A stretch of 64,000 bases of DNA from Octopus sinensis (lineage: Eukaryota): the NCBI RefSeq assembly GCF_006345805.1, contig NC_043001.1, positions 25,048,001 to 25,112,000 on the forward strand, read 5' to 3'. The position numbers and the translations under genes were made by a program. Below the pieces are notes generated by a model that did not search any database, was not told the origin of the DNA, and worked only from the letters and a program-made list of their open reading frames with translations. Below are positions 51,204 to 62,956 of this stretch, one piece after another (position 1 is the first letter of the stretch; each line of letters starts with the position of its first letter).

Positions 51204-51462
51204 AACAGAACATGTTATAGTCCTAGATTTGAGCACTACTTCAATGTCAAACTCCGTGGGGTAAAGGCTTCTAACCATTGCCCATCTCTTCCCTGGAAAC
51301 ATTTTGAAAAGCCAAATATCGCAACTCTTTTTTGTTCAGTAATTTTAGCTTACACTTCTACCATACCAAACATGAAATAAAGAAGAAATTCAAAATGCTG
51401 CTTTTTAAGGTTATATAACAATAAAAATAGCATGTAACTATTATTTCACTAATTTTTGAACT

Positions 51463-51614
51463 AGGCTGTGTGGTAAGTAGCTTGCTTACGAACCACATGG
51501 TTCCGGGTTCAGTCCCACTACGTGGCACCTTGGGCAAGTGTCTTCTACTATAGCCTCAGGCCGACCAAAGCCTTGTGAGTGGATTTGGTAGATGGAAACT
51601 GAAAGATGCCTGTC

Positions 51615-51666
<52 letters not shown>

Positions 51667-51917
51667 TTATGTATGTATGTATGTATGTATGTATGTACGT
51701 GTATATGTTTGTGTGTCTGTGTCCCCCGCAACATCGCTTGACAACTGATGCTGGTGTGTTTACGTCCCCGTAACTTAGTGGTTCGGCAAAAGAGACCGAT
51801 AGAATAAGTACTAGGCTTACAAAGAATAAGTCCTGGGGTCGATTTGATCAACTAAAGGCGGTGCTCCAGCATGGCCACAGTCAAATGACTGAATCAAGTA
51901 AAAGAGTAAAGAGAGTA
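51463..51917 (+). mobile_element. SINE family A
   Basis: Match to family A. Confidence 0.9.
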
Positions 51918-51978
51918 AATACCAGAACCAAAACACAGTTTTCCAAATTAGTCTACTCCTTTAGTAACACCATAACTA

Positions 51979-52378
51979 AGGCGGCAAGCTGGCAGAAACG
52001 TTAGCATGCTGGGCGAAATGCGTAGCCGTATTTCGTCTGCCATTACGTTCTGAGTTCAAATTCTGCCAAGGTCAACTTTGCCTTTCATCCTTTCGGGGTC
52101 TATTAAATAAGTACCAGTTATGCACTGGGGTCGATATAATCGACTTAATCTGTTTGTCTGTCCTTGTTTGTCCTCTCTGTGTTTAGCCCCTTGTGGGTAG
52201 TAAAGAAATAGATATTTCATCTGACTTTACATTCTGAGTTCAAATTCTGCCACGGTCAACTTTGCCCTTCATCCTTTCGGAGTCGATAAATGAAGTACCA
52301 GTTGCGTACTGGGGTCAAGCTAATTGTTTGGCCCCCTTCCCCAAAAATTTCAGGCCTTCTGCTTAGAGTAGAAAAGAA
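51979..52378 (+). mobile_element. SINE family C partial dimer, second unit with the alternative tail
   Basis: Junction aaagaaatag|atatttcatc near 52211; imperfect TSD aacac..taactaag. Confidence 0.88.
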
Positions 52379-53747
52379 CACTGTAACTAAGAAGTATACT
52401 ATACAGATCATTATGTCCAAAATTAAAGAAAGGAAAACCAACAGTATTTTTTCACAATATAAGCTTACATAAAATCTCTTTTCAACTTCAGATATTTCAA
52501 AATTATGAAAAAAAAAAAATATGTACAAATCCTGAATCTGCAAATTTAGCCCCAGGGTAGGCAAAATTTATCCCAATTTAGGAATTTCTGATGCAGAGTG
52601 TCTGTGACTTACATGGATTAACCCATTTCTTAGCATTTTTCTTTGTTTCAATTAATTTTGAAAAATAAGAAAGAATTTAATAAAATAACTCAGTCATTAT
52701 TAAAATGGTGTTTGGAACATAAATTAAAATGGAATTTTAATGAATGGTTTAAATTTGATTTACTTTAAAACAGGAAATTTTTGTCATAGAACCAGAAGCA
52801 ATCCTAGGTGGGTTGGTACCAAAAGGGTGAAAGTGTTTTCTAGCCCTGAAGAAAAAGACTTGTTTTGAGGCTTGCAGACATTGCAATGTTAATGATGGTT
52901 GAGATCATCATGAGGAATCATCAGAGATTTGTAACAAATTAAAGGAATTATATTGTGGGTTTGGTGCAAAACTCTGTTCTAAGCATGTGTAGTGAGTATA
53001 TCTTATCTGTTGACACCTGCTACGTTAACATACTTTTATTGAATGAGATTTCAAGACCACTCCATGGAAGCAATGTAAATCTGGCATGAGGTATTTAAGT
53101 GGCTACTGTTTGGTGGGGGGGGGTAGAGGAGGAAGGGTAGTTTCCATAAACCTCTTGGGGGGCATCTCTGAGACTAGTGAGTAAAAAAGCAGAAAAAATA
53201 CATAATTCATGAACAGCAAAATACACACGTGTCTCGGACATCAAGGGGAGGTAGGAAGTATCACAGAAATGGTAAATGGTTTATGGCACAACAGAAATCA
53301 CTTAAAGCTTGCTAAAATATTATTTGAGGTAGTTTTATATGATTGGAAATATAATTCCAAAGTGTTCATGGCGTCATAGTAAGGATTTGATCAAAGACTT
53401 AGCCATTAAAAAAAAGTAGAATATTTTCCAAACATAAATAAATTGGAAGCATACAAAAATAAGCATTATTTTTCATCTTACTGTTAGTTTTGTTGCATTT
53501 TTAAAAATAAAAATTAATATTATGGTTTATTATTGTTTATATTTTGGATTACATATTTATATGGGGACACCAAAATCTTTTAAATACTTATGAGTTCTAT
53601 GAAACCTGATCCAAACTGCTCGTGAATTATCATTAAACAAGAGGTCTAGCCTGAATTCTTACAACAAGGTGAAGTCTACTAAAGGCACCCAAGGACCAGT
53701 TATGATGTTAAACCAGTCAAAGGATAAATGTTTGTTGTTTTTATTTT

Positions 53748-54028
53748 GTTCCTTCTCGAGCCATACCCGGCTCATAAGGGCTGGTTTCCCGGTTTCTTGG
53801 CATATAGGTTCCCACCTGGATGGGACGCCGGTCCGTCGCAGGTGAGCTGCAAGATGCAGGAGGAAAGAGTGAGAGAAAGTTGTGGCAAAAGAGTCAGCAG
53901 AAGTTTCGCCATTAACTTCTGCTGGAGCCGAATGGAGCTTAGGTGTTTCGCTCATAAACACACACATCGCCCGGTCTGAGATTCGAACCCGCGATCCCTG
54001 CTCTAACCACTAGGCCATGTGCCTCCAC
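53748..54028 (-). mobile_element. SINE family D variant
   Basis: Minus head GGAGGCACATGGCCTAGTGGTTAGAGC...GGTTCGAATC; flanked by direct repeat caaaggataaa. Confidence 0.85.
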
Positions 54029-54239
54029 AAAGGATAAAGTCTAACACCTACAGATAAAGAGTAAAATGTGAGTGGTATCAGTCACCTAAGAGTGTGTATG
54101 GCTAGAAATAACAATAAATACATCATTAATGCTTGAACAAAGAGAATAGAAAAAACAGCCGAGTTATTAGTTTATCCGTCATTGTCGACAATGACCAAAG
54201 ACATCACATGGGAGAAGAAGACTGGAAGCTTGGTGTGTC

Positions 54240-55731
54240 CAGCTGTTCCTGAGCTGCACATATGAATGCTTCTCTCCCTATCTTCAGATCACTCCTCCTC
54301 ATCTATGATCACCAGTCCTCTGTATCTGTCTTGGTTTTCTCATCTCTTGCAAGCTGACCATACATTCTTTTTTCCTTCCATGCTTTTCCTTTTTTTTTTT
54401 TCTTAAATTTTTCTTTAGTTACACAATTTTCACTTTTGATGACACTGGCCTTCTTTGTGTGTTTCAACAGTGACTCCACAGCATTTTTTATTTACCACCC
54501 TAGTCTGTTTTCCTCTGCTTCGATACAGTCCTGGCAACTGATCAAAACCTCTCGCACCCTTACTTCTGGATAAGTACAGCCTATCGGTGTCACTCTTAGG
54601 GTGGAAGGCTCCATGAACTGTCAACATTTTTCTGGTCTTGGTATCCATTTTCTTCACTTCTGTCTTTTGCCACTTTATAATTAACACTCCATACCAAAAT
54701 GATGCTATCACCCACGTATAAACTGGTCGGATTTTTTTCCATCCAGTAAATTTTGACAACAACACCAACCTCAGTCTTCAGAAATACTCCATCTTCAGTT
54801 GCTCTTTCATTTCCATCTGAATTATCTCGTTGAATTCCAGAACACCAAGGTATTTGTATCCTTCCATTTCAATTTGTTTTATCAAGTCTCTGTTCGGTAA
54901 TTCTATCCCTGCTAGGGACTGTACCTTGCTTGTTTTTAGGTAGATTATTCCATACTTCTTGAGTCTAAATTCCCTTCTAATATTAGTACTAAAACAGTAA
55001 ACTGTGTTCACCAAGGAATTCACTCGTGTCTCATCTTTGCCAGACAGTTTCAAATCATCCATGAAGAGGAGGAGGTTGATTGTTTGAGATTTTCCATTTA
55101 GTTGGTACCCCAGGCTCATTTTCCTAAGTACCAAGGTCAGGGGTATCATGCAGAGAACAAAAAGCAATGGAGATAGGCTATCACCCTGGAAAATCCCTCT
55201 TCTGATACCCAGGGTGCCCAAGCTTTTTCTGTATGATGTCAGTTCAGTTTTCCATCCCACCATACTTCCCTTCAGGAAACTCATTACATTCCTCACAATT
55301 CCAAACAGATCTAAGAACTCGATGATCCATGAATGTGAAATTGTATCATAAGGTTTGCGATAGTCAATCCAGATTTGTTCTCTTTCATTTACAGCCTTGC
55401 ATTACCATTCTGTCTATCAATAGTTGATCTTCAGTACTTCTGCATCTTCTCTACAGCCTTTTTGTTCCATCAGTAATATATCGTTCTCATCAAGAAATTT
55501 ATACAGTTCTTCTGCAATTCCTCCTGACAGCAACCTACACATTAATGAGAGGCAGAAAACTGTCAGCAGCATTTCTCTTTGATGCATCCTTCAGGCACAA
55601 CACCGTTCATGCTTTTGTCAACCAGCCCAGGATTTCTTCTTTTCCATTGATCAATGCATTAAATTGCTCTGCAATCAATTATGGCAACTATTGAACTTTT
55701 TTATCCAAAATCCCTGTACACCATCACATCC
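54240..55731 (-). pseudogene. R4/Dong-type non-LTR retrotransposon RT remnant abutting (TAA)n
   Basis: GIFQGDSLSPLLF, LLFMDDLKL, YKYLG, HPKSDTDRLYLSR, WKEKRMYGQ and ICAAQEQ; (TTA)n at 55732-55767 fits the known TAA-repeat preference of Dong. Confidence 0.85.
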
Positions 55732-55767
<36 letters not shown>

Positions 55768-56067
55768 GCATCATTTTTCAATTCTGTTTCCATTTCTTGC
55801 CGAGTGTCTTCCTGACATTTAGGGCAGAGAAACATACTGTATACATTGGTAGGCCATTAAAACAAACACACCAGAATTATTATTATTATTATTATTTAAA
55901 ACAATTTGATATGATTCCATGTGACAAAGTTTCACAGGTGTCTAACTAAACCCCATTTCTTTTGGGCTTCTATATGTATATTGCAGTTATATATATATAT
56001 AACCAGTCGCCAAGATAGATAGTTAGCCACTACATGCTTTTTTTCTCTCCTTGTTTTTTCTGTGTCC

Positions 56068-56103
56068 CTTTCTGTAGAAGAGCATAGGCTCGAAATGTAA
56101 AAG
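56068..56103 (+). ncRNA. Minimal hammerhead-like motif (A6U variant) in a ~195-bp element between (TA)n tracts (56001-56195)
   Basis: CTTT-CTGTAGA-A-GAGC atag GCTC-GAAAT-GTA-AAAG. Perfect 4-bp stems I and II, almost no stem III. Confidence 0.5.
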
Positions 56104-56213
56104 ACTTTTTCTATTCCTGAGCATTATACTAATACATCTGTTTGTTTTGTACAACACCTGTCTTCGTCTTTTGTTTTTTTCGTAAACTCTCCCCATATAG
56201 ATATATATATATA

Positions 56214-56725
56214 TCACATAGTACTGGCCAGACCATCAGATGCTGTTAAACACTGGTGGTTACAATGTGTTTCCAATTCTGTCTCAATTATACCATTCTC
56301 TTTCATCTTGACCCAAATTGCTTCACCAAATCATCTTCCTATCATTGTGGAGGGCTTCCAAGTAGCCTTTTCCTATCTCTTGGATACCACTCAACCACTG
56401 CACAAGTTGTGACATGTTTGAACCAGCAGAACTAGTGCTTTTGGTACTCCGTGGTCACATCGTTTACTCTGCTCCATTCTCGAATTATCTCATTTTGTAT
56501 GTGCTCTCTTAGGGATATTCTTAACATGGATCTTTCCATGGCCCTTTGCATCATAGCCAATCCAGGTTTTATCCTCTTCGCAGTGACTTACGTCTCACTT
56601 GCATATAAAAGCACAGGTAGGATGGTATTAATGAAGAGTCTGGCACATATTGCATTGTATAGCTTTGTTTGGAGTAAATCCTTTATTGAGTTAATGCCTT
56701 CCATCTTGCCCTTATTCTTTTTGTG
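56214..56725 (-). mobile_element. RTE-clade LINE 3' fragment (third RTE family)
   Basis: ARLFINTILPVLLYASET and QRAMERSML.ISLREHI motifs; 3' UTR shared with the SINE at 17058. Confidence 0.8.
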
Positions 56726-56751
56726 AAAGAGAAGGATAAAGAGAATATATA

Positions 56752-57225
56752 TATCATCATCGTTTAACATCTGTTTTCCACGCTAGCATGGGTTGGACTG
56801 TTCGACCAGGGTCTGGGAAGCCAGGAGGCTGCACCAGGCTCCAGTCTGGCCTGGCAGTGTTTCTACAGCTGGATGCCCTTCCTAATGCCAACTACTCCGT
56901 GAGTGTAGTGGGTGCTTTTTACATGCCAGGCGAGGCTGGCAACAGCCACGATCGGTTGGAGCTTTTTATGTGCCACTGGCACGGAAGCCAGTCAAGGCAA
57001 CACTGGCATCGGCCACATTCGGATGGTGCTTTTTACGTGCCACCGGCACAGGGATCACAACTACAATTTCCATTGATTTTTTATGTTGTTGTATTTGACT
57101 CAATAGGTCTCCTCAAGCACAGGGTCAAAATGGTGTTTCTTTACTTGCTACCTGCACAGGAGTCAGTCCAGCGGCACTTGCAACTGCTAGGTGCCAGTCA
57201 TAGGATTGGTTCAATTTCAATTCCG
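56752..57225 (-). mobile_element. SINE family B
   Basis: Family B tail; explains spurious ORF 56788-57333. Confidence 0.88.
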
Positions 57226-57613
57226 AATATATTAGAAATTTACAAAATTAACCCAAATCAAGTATTGCCATTGATTATATTTCCTTCACTTCTCATTCTC
57301 CTTTTTCAAATTTCTGTCCTATTACCAGATTAAAAAATTATTAATTACAGTCCACTCCACTGGGTGGGTGGGTGGTTGGTATTAGGAAGGGCAACCAGCT
57401 GTAAAAATCTTGCTAAAACAGTTACATAAGTCTGGTGCATGCTTCTGCCTGGCCGGCTCCTGTCAAACCATCTCACCCATGCCAACATGGAAAGCAGACG
57501 TTAAATGATGGTGATGATGATATCACCATCTTCATCATCGTTTAATGTCCTCTTTCCATGTGGTTGGACAGTTTGACAAGAGCTGGTCAGGCAGGTGTCC
57601 GCGCAATGCTGTA

Positions 57614-57669
<56 letters not shown>

Positions 57670-57699
57670 TACAGCATATATATATATATATATATATAA

Positions 57700-58700
57700 G
57701 TAAATAAATGGAGTTGAATACAGGTGTTATTCAAATTCTTTTACTTTTGACATATGTTTCGAAGACAACATTGGTTTTATTCCAAAGGAATAAATGGTGT
57801 AAAATAATGTAATCTTCTCATCAGGAAAGAAAGAGAACCTATCTCAACAACAAGACATTATAACAATTTTGATGACTGCATAATTGATAAACAGAACGCT
57901 ATTAAGTATTTTAAAAAAAAAACGTTAGTAAATCTGACATCAAGGGCGGACCATAGGAAGAGAAGGGGTAAAGAAATAATAAGTAGAGAACAAATAAAGA
58001 GGGATACATTGGTTGAAAAATGTTCAAAGGCTTGGAAGTAGATTTCTCTATTGAAGTAAAGTGCAAGGTGAACTAAATGTTCAAACTATACAGACTGGTA
58101 TAAATCCTTTATATGAGCTAAAGGTGTGTTTATGTCAGTGCTTACATTTGTAAGATCGCTCTATAAGTGTGTTAACAAGGTGATTCTTAGAGAAGAGAAT
58201 ATGGAAGAGTTCAGAGTTGCAAATGTTACAAAATCCTTTGCCCTTGTCATAAGGGAAAGAGATGGACAGGATGAACCAATCTAACTTAAAATCTCGTTAT
58301 TGTTGTCTTTAAGATGCCAAACCAATTTACTTAGCCCTGTGCTATAACGTTTACTGCTATCCCTAAATGAAGAATAATGATTGGAAATTCTCTTAGATAA
58401 CTGGGAAGAGGACGCGCCAATGTAGAAGTAGACATCAGTACCACTAGAAATTTTACATTGGTATATAGAATTCTTAATCTTAGAATTATTAGACATAAAT
58501 TTAATTCTGTTGGGGTTGTCCTCAGAGAGCAAAACTATGTTGTTATTACTATTATTATTATTATATTATTATTATTATTATTACTGTTATTATGTGAAGG
58601 GCTGGTATTAACAAAATTAATGTTGAAACTCTCAGAAAATGAACTTTTATTTAGCAGACTGGTATTATGAGAAGATATAATTTGTGAAAGATTCTTTGTG
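57700..58700 (-). mobile_element. Penelope-like retroelement 3' remnant: linker, GIY-YIG endonuclease and pLTR, ending at (TA)n
   Basis: KNLSQIISSHN linker; SIYQCKISS...FYIGAS..LSKRISNHYSSF...STGLSKLVWHLKD; after a frameshift W.IL...Y..GKGFCNICNSE...CKH. Confidence 0.9.
57744..57829 (-). ncRNA. Type I hammerhead ribozyme in the Penelope pLTR
   Basis: Minus strand reads ctttc-CTGATGA-GAAGAttACATT...AATGTtgTCTTC-GAAA-CATATG-TC-aaaag. Intact core; palindromic stem III ACATATGT. Confidence 0.88.
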
Positions 58701-59011
58701 TTAGGCTACGGCATAAAAAATTACCTTGCTAGAAAACAGGTAAGAGATGGTGACAGGAAGGGCATCTGAACATAAAAAACCACCTCAACAAATTTCTTCT
58801 GACCTAAGCAACCATCAAAAAGTGAGCATGAGAATACTGAGTTTTCTCTTCTTTTTCTTCGGTTTATAATTTTAAACAAATTCCACTTGGTGAATCTCTA
58901 ACATAGCACGTATTATATAAACGAAGAACACTGCTTATAAGAGATTATAAGTACACCCCACAAGAACCTGTAAATGCAAAAGTTTTAGCGATGGTAGCCT
59001 ATTATGAAAAA

Positions 59012-59067
59012 CTAGCTGGCCCTATTCCGTCAAAAACGACGGCTAATTGAAGTGTTTTATATATAGA
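59012..59067 (-). mobile_element. Minimal 56-bp non-autonomous Helitron
   Basis: Minus strand A|TCTATATATAAAAC...CCGTCgtttttGACGG-11 nt-CTAG|T: 5' TC, subterminal hairpin, 3' CTAG, AT target. Confidence 0.7.
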
Positions 59068-59799
59068 TATGGATGGTAAATCAAATTAATGCACTTGTCA
59101 GTGTTATCTAGTGGCTGCCTTGGGATGTAACATCGATCACCGTTTGTTACTGAAAGAACACTCACACATACAAATATTCACATACTTCCCTTGCGCATGC
59201 ACACACATACACGCATATACTCATACATATTTTTCTTTTCAGTGTTAAATGTTCACCATCCAAGTACCATTGCATACACACACGCACACTCAAACCTCCC
59301 TTTTACACACACACATACTCACACAGAATTGAAACTACCAGTTTGCCATCATCCCTTCCTTTCTCATTCATATGTTGCGACAGCGAAAAACAGAAGAGTA
59401 TTCTTATAGTAGATATTTCGTTTTTACGGGGCAGGAATTTTTTTTAGGGATGTTGACTTAGCAGAGGCTAAAACGTGAACCGATCAAGTTTATATATAAA
59501 TTTTCTTTTTTAACGTTTGTTTCCTTTTACACAATATTAAAGCAATGGCTAAAAGTTTTCTGAAGCAGCTGTCCCACTACTAATTTTATCTACGAGCTGC
59601 CACTGATTATAAGTCTATTCGTTCTCGGTTCAACATAGTTTCTCGCATCCTAGAATGTTTGTGATCGAATAATACAAAGTGAACTAAGGTAAGCAATTAT
59701 TACAGAACTTATCAACCGCACATAGATTACCTCCCATTATAATTAAGAGTTGCTTCCCTTAGATGACGCTTCTCTACATGAAACTTTTTTTGTTTTTTT

Positions 59800-60125
59800 A
59801 TTTTGTTTTAGTCATTTGACTGCGACAATGATGGGACATCGCCTGTCGAACAAATCGACTCCAGAATTTTTTTTTTAAGCCCAGTACTTATTTTATCGGT
59901 TAATATTGCTGAACTGCTAAATTTCAGTAACGTAAACAAATCAACATCGGTCGTGACAACCGATGGTGGTGTGTTTACGTCCCCGTAACTTAGCGGTTCG
60001 GCAAAATACCGATAGAATAAGTACTAGGCTTACAAAGAATAAGTCCTGGGGTCGATTTGCTCGACTAAAGGTGGTGCTCCAACATGGCTGCAATCAAATG
60101 ACTGAAAAGAGTAAAAAGAGTAAGT
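59800..60125. mobile_element. Two SINE A 3' halves joined head to head
   Basis: Minus fragment ~59800-59950 and plus fragment ~59954-60125 meet at catcggtcgtgacaaccgatg. Confidence 0.75.
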
Positions 60126-60339
60126 AAGGAAGTAAAGGACGAGGTCAAATAGGTGGTAGTGTGAGTCGTATAAAGTTGATAGGAATGAAGAAAAAGGGAG
60201 AAATTAAGACAAGGAGAAGGAGGAAAAAAGAGGAGGGGGATAGAGAAAGAATGGTTGTCATAAATATTTAACTGAGATTAGTAAACATAAATACTGAATG
60301 TTGATTTCTTAGCACTCCGCGGGTGTATGTGTGTACGTC

Positions 60340-60570
60340 ACAGTACACATGCACCCACGTGCTGCTTTCCCGGTTTCCGTGGCGTTTTATATTCCCCACC
60401 TGTCCAGGATGCCAGTCCGTTGCAAGGTTACTCATTTTCCCCCAGCTGAAGCGACGTGAAAATGAAGTGTTTTGCTCACGAACACAACGCGTCGCCCGAT
60501 CCAGAAATCGAAACTGCAGTCTAACGATCATGGGTCCAAGAACCTAACCACTAAGTCACGCACCTCCGTC
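60340..60570 (-). mobile_element. SINE family D (D2-like), CpG-retaining
   Basis: aacacaacgcgtcgcccgatccagaaatcgaaac...ctaaccactaag. Confidence 0.8.
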
Positions 60571-61216
60571 AACAGTACCACTGTGAACTGTCCGCCAAGA
60601 AATCAACACCTTGCGGTCAGATAGTATCTATATTTACCCACTTCAGCAAATGTTTTAGGGGGCGATATTAGTCGATTACGCAGACCCCAATATTTGACTG
60701 TTGCTATATTGTATTGACACTGAAGAAATCAAAGATAATGTCTTTAACGTGGTTTGGACTTGGAATGTGAATTAGTGGACAAATACCGCTCTAACGATCC
60801 ACCATGATCATCCATCTCCTAATTTCCCCACCTTTCTTTCTCTCAATAATATTATTGTGTGTATGAAATATAAATTTTGAACATCATAAACAAGTGAAAT
60901 AAAGTTCTAAGAACCACTATATTTGATGGCACTACAGCAGCGCATTTTCATAGAAAAAAAAAAACAGAAATATTGTTTTGGTGCATAATCTTTAAAGCAA
61001 AGTCGCATATAAAACCTGTGTCGATTTAACAAGAAAAGTAAGTCTAATACGCTATCAAATATTGTATACGTTGTCCTTGTGACAAGTAAATACAATCTAA
61101 ATATATGCATAGTTACATATAAACAGAAACTAACTAGTGTTCGTCTCTTTTTTTCATTTATTTTTTTACTTTTGCGACAGGTTAATAAACTAGAACAAGA
61201 TAATGTAGTGTGCCAA

Positions 61217-61609
61217 AAGGCGGCGAGCTGGCAGAAACGTTAGCACGCCGGGCGAAATGCGTAGCCGTATTTCGTCTGCCGTTACGTTCTGAGTTCAAAT
61301 TCCGCCGAGGTCGAATTTGCCTTTCATCCTTTCGGGGTCGAATAAATAAGTACCAGTTACACACTGAGGTCGATATAATCGATTTAATCCGTTTGTCTGT
61401 CCTTGTTTGTCCTCTCTGTGTTTAGTAGTAAAGAAATAGGTATTTCGTCTGCCGTTACGTTCTGAGTTCAAATTCCGCCGAGGTCGACTTTGCCTTTCAT
61501 CCTTTCGGAGTCGATTAAATAAGTACCAGTTACGCACTGGGGTCGATATAATCGATTTAATCCGTTTGTCCACTCTGTGTTTAGCCCCTTGTGGGTAGTA
61601 AAGAAATAG
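61217..61609 (+). mobile_element. SINE family C partial dimer with CpGs intact
   Basis: TSD agataatgtagtgtgccaa; junction aaagaaatag|gtatttcgtc at 61439/61440. Confidence 0.92.
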
Positions 61610-61971
61610 ATAATGTAGTGTGCCAAGGTTGGAACGGTCCATTTCCTCAGTCAGGGTTCACCTGGGTTTAATTTGAACATGACCGCATCAGGGCAAAATT
61701 AAATCAGACTGTCAAATAATATTCTTGAATTTTCTGATTTAGATGGTCATCTCCGAGAAACTTATCTTTCCTATCAATTAAAAGAAACAGTGGGCAGGGC
61801 TTGTGGGGTTGGAGCAAATCTCTCTACTTTTAACCTCATGTTGTCCTCATTGTTTGCTAATGCCTTTTGTACCACATTCGATGTTATCATGTTTTTATAA
61901 ATTTTTTAACCGACTCATTCGTTATATATGACCCCCAGATCATATTGTACTGTCCCCTCTATGTTCGTCTG

Positions 61972-62391
61972 GGATCTTTTCGGTTTGAACGGCAGTTTTT
62001 TAAAATAATTTCCACGTAACTAAACACTTTTAAACTTCGTATACTGGTAGAATGTATTTATAAAACATCTTTTTCTCTTGGCTTTATTGAGAAAATTCTA
62101 TAGTTTGTAAGATATTTGTTGTGTTTTTTTTTCTTCAATTTCTGCAATTTCAACCAATCAATGACGTTTATTTGAGGTGAAAACATTCTGTGCCGTATGA
62201 ATATTCCCTCGTTTAAGAAACAGATTGAGTTTATTTACATTTGTGAAGAAAAAAAGATACTCTTCCCCTCACCATTAACCCTAACCCTAAAACAGATTGA
62301 AATGCAATAGATCGATACTAGGGTCATAATTATGGGTGACAATTTCATATGACACCGCTAGAAAAAACTGCCTTTCAAACCGATAAGATCC
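61972..62391. mobile_element. Merlin-like MITE, second copy
   Basis: GGATC...GATCC TIRs; perfect 8-bp TSD TTCGTCTG. Confidence 0.88.
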
Positions 62392-62507
62392 TTCGTCTGT
62401 ATAGATAATAATAAAATCAATTAAAAGAAACGATAGTTTGTAATCTACACAGTTACTAAAGCCTTCAACTCACTCTTTGAATAATTAGATTCAGCAGCCT
62501 TACTCAC

Positions 62508-62624
62508 CTTGATAAATATAGCATTGAGCGATTGTATTGCGTTAAAATACCAGGCATAGACTGCGCACTAGTCGCTTGTCAACGTGACGTCTTTGGTGGC
62601 ATCAAATATCCAAACAACAAGATC
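62508..62624 (-). other. Candidate spliced exon (117 nt; non-coding or start-containing)
   Basis: Minus acceptor gttctctcttag|GA and donor AAG|gtgagta; CpG-retaining, apparently unique sequence. Confidence 0.25.
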
Positions 62625-62733
62625 CTAAGAGAGAACACTTTTTCAGAGTTATCGAATGTTGTTTGCCAACCAAATTCATCATATTTCTTGCACAATTTCG
62701 TAAAATGGTTTGATCATTTCAGAATATTTTGAC

Positions 62734-62879
62734 AAGTAGCTTGCTTACGAACCACATGGTTCCGGGTTCAGTCCCACTGCGTGGCACCTTAGGCAAGTGT
62801 CTTCTACTATAGCCTCAAGCCAACCAAAGCCTTGTGAGTGGATTTGGTAGGCAGAAACTGAAAGAATCCGTCGTATACA

Positions 62880-62956
<77 letters not shown>

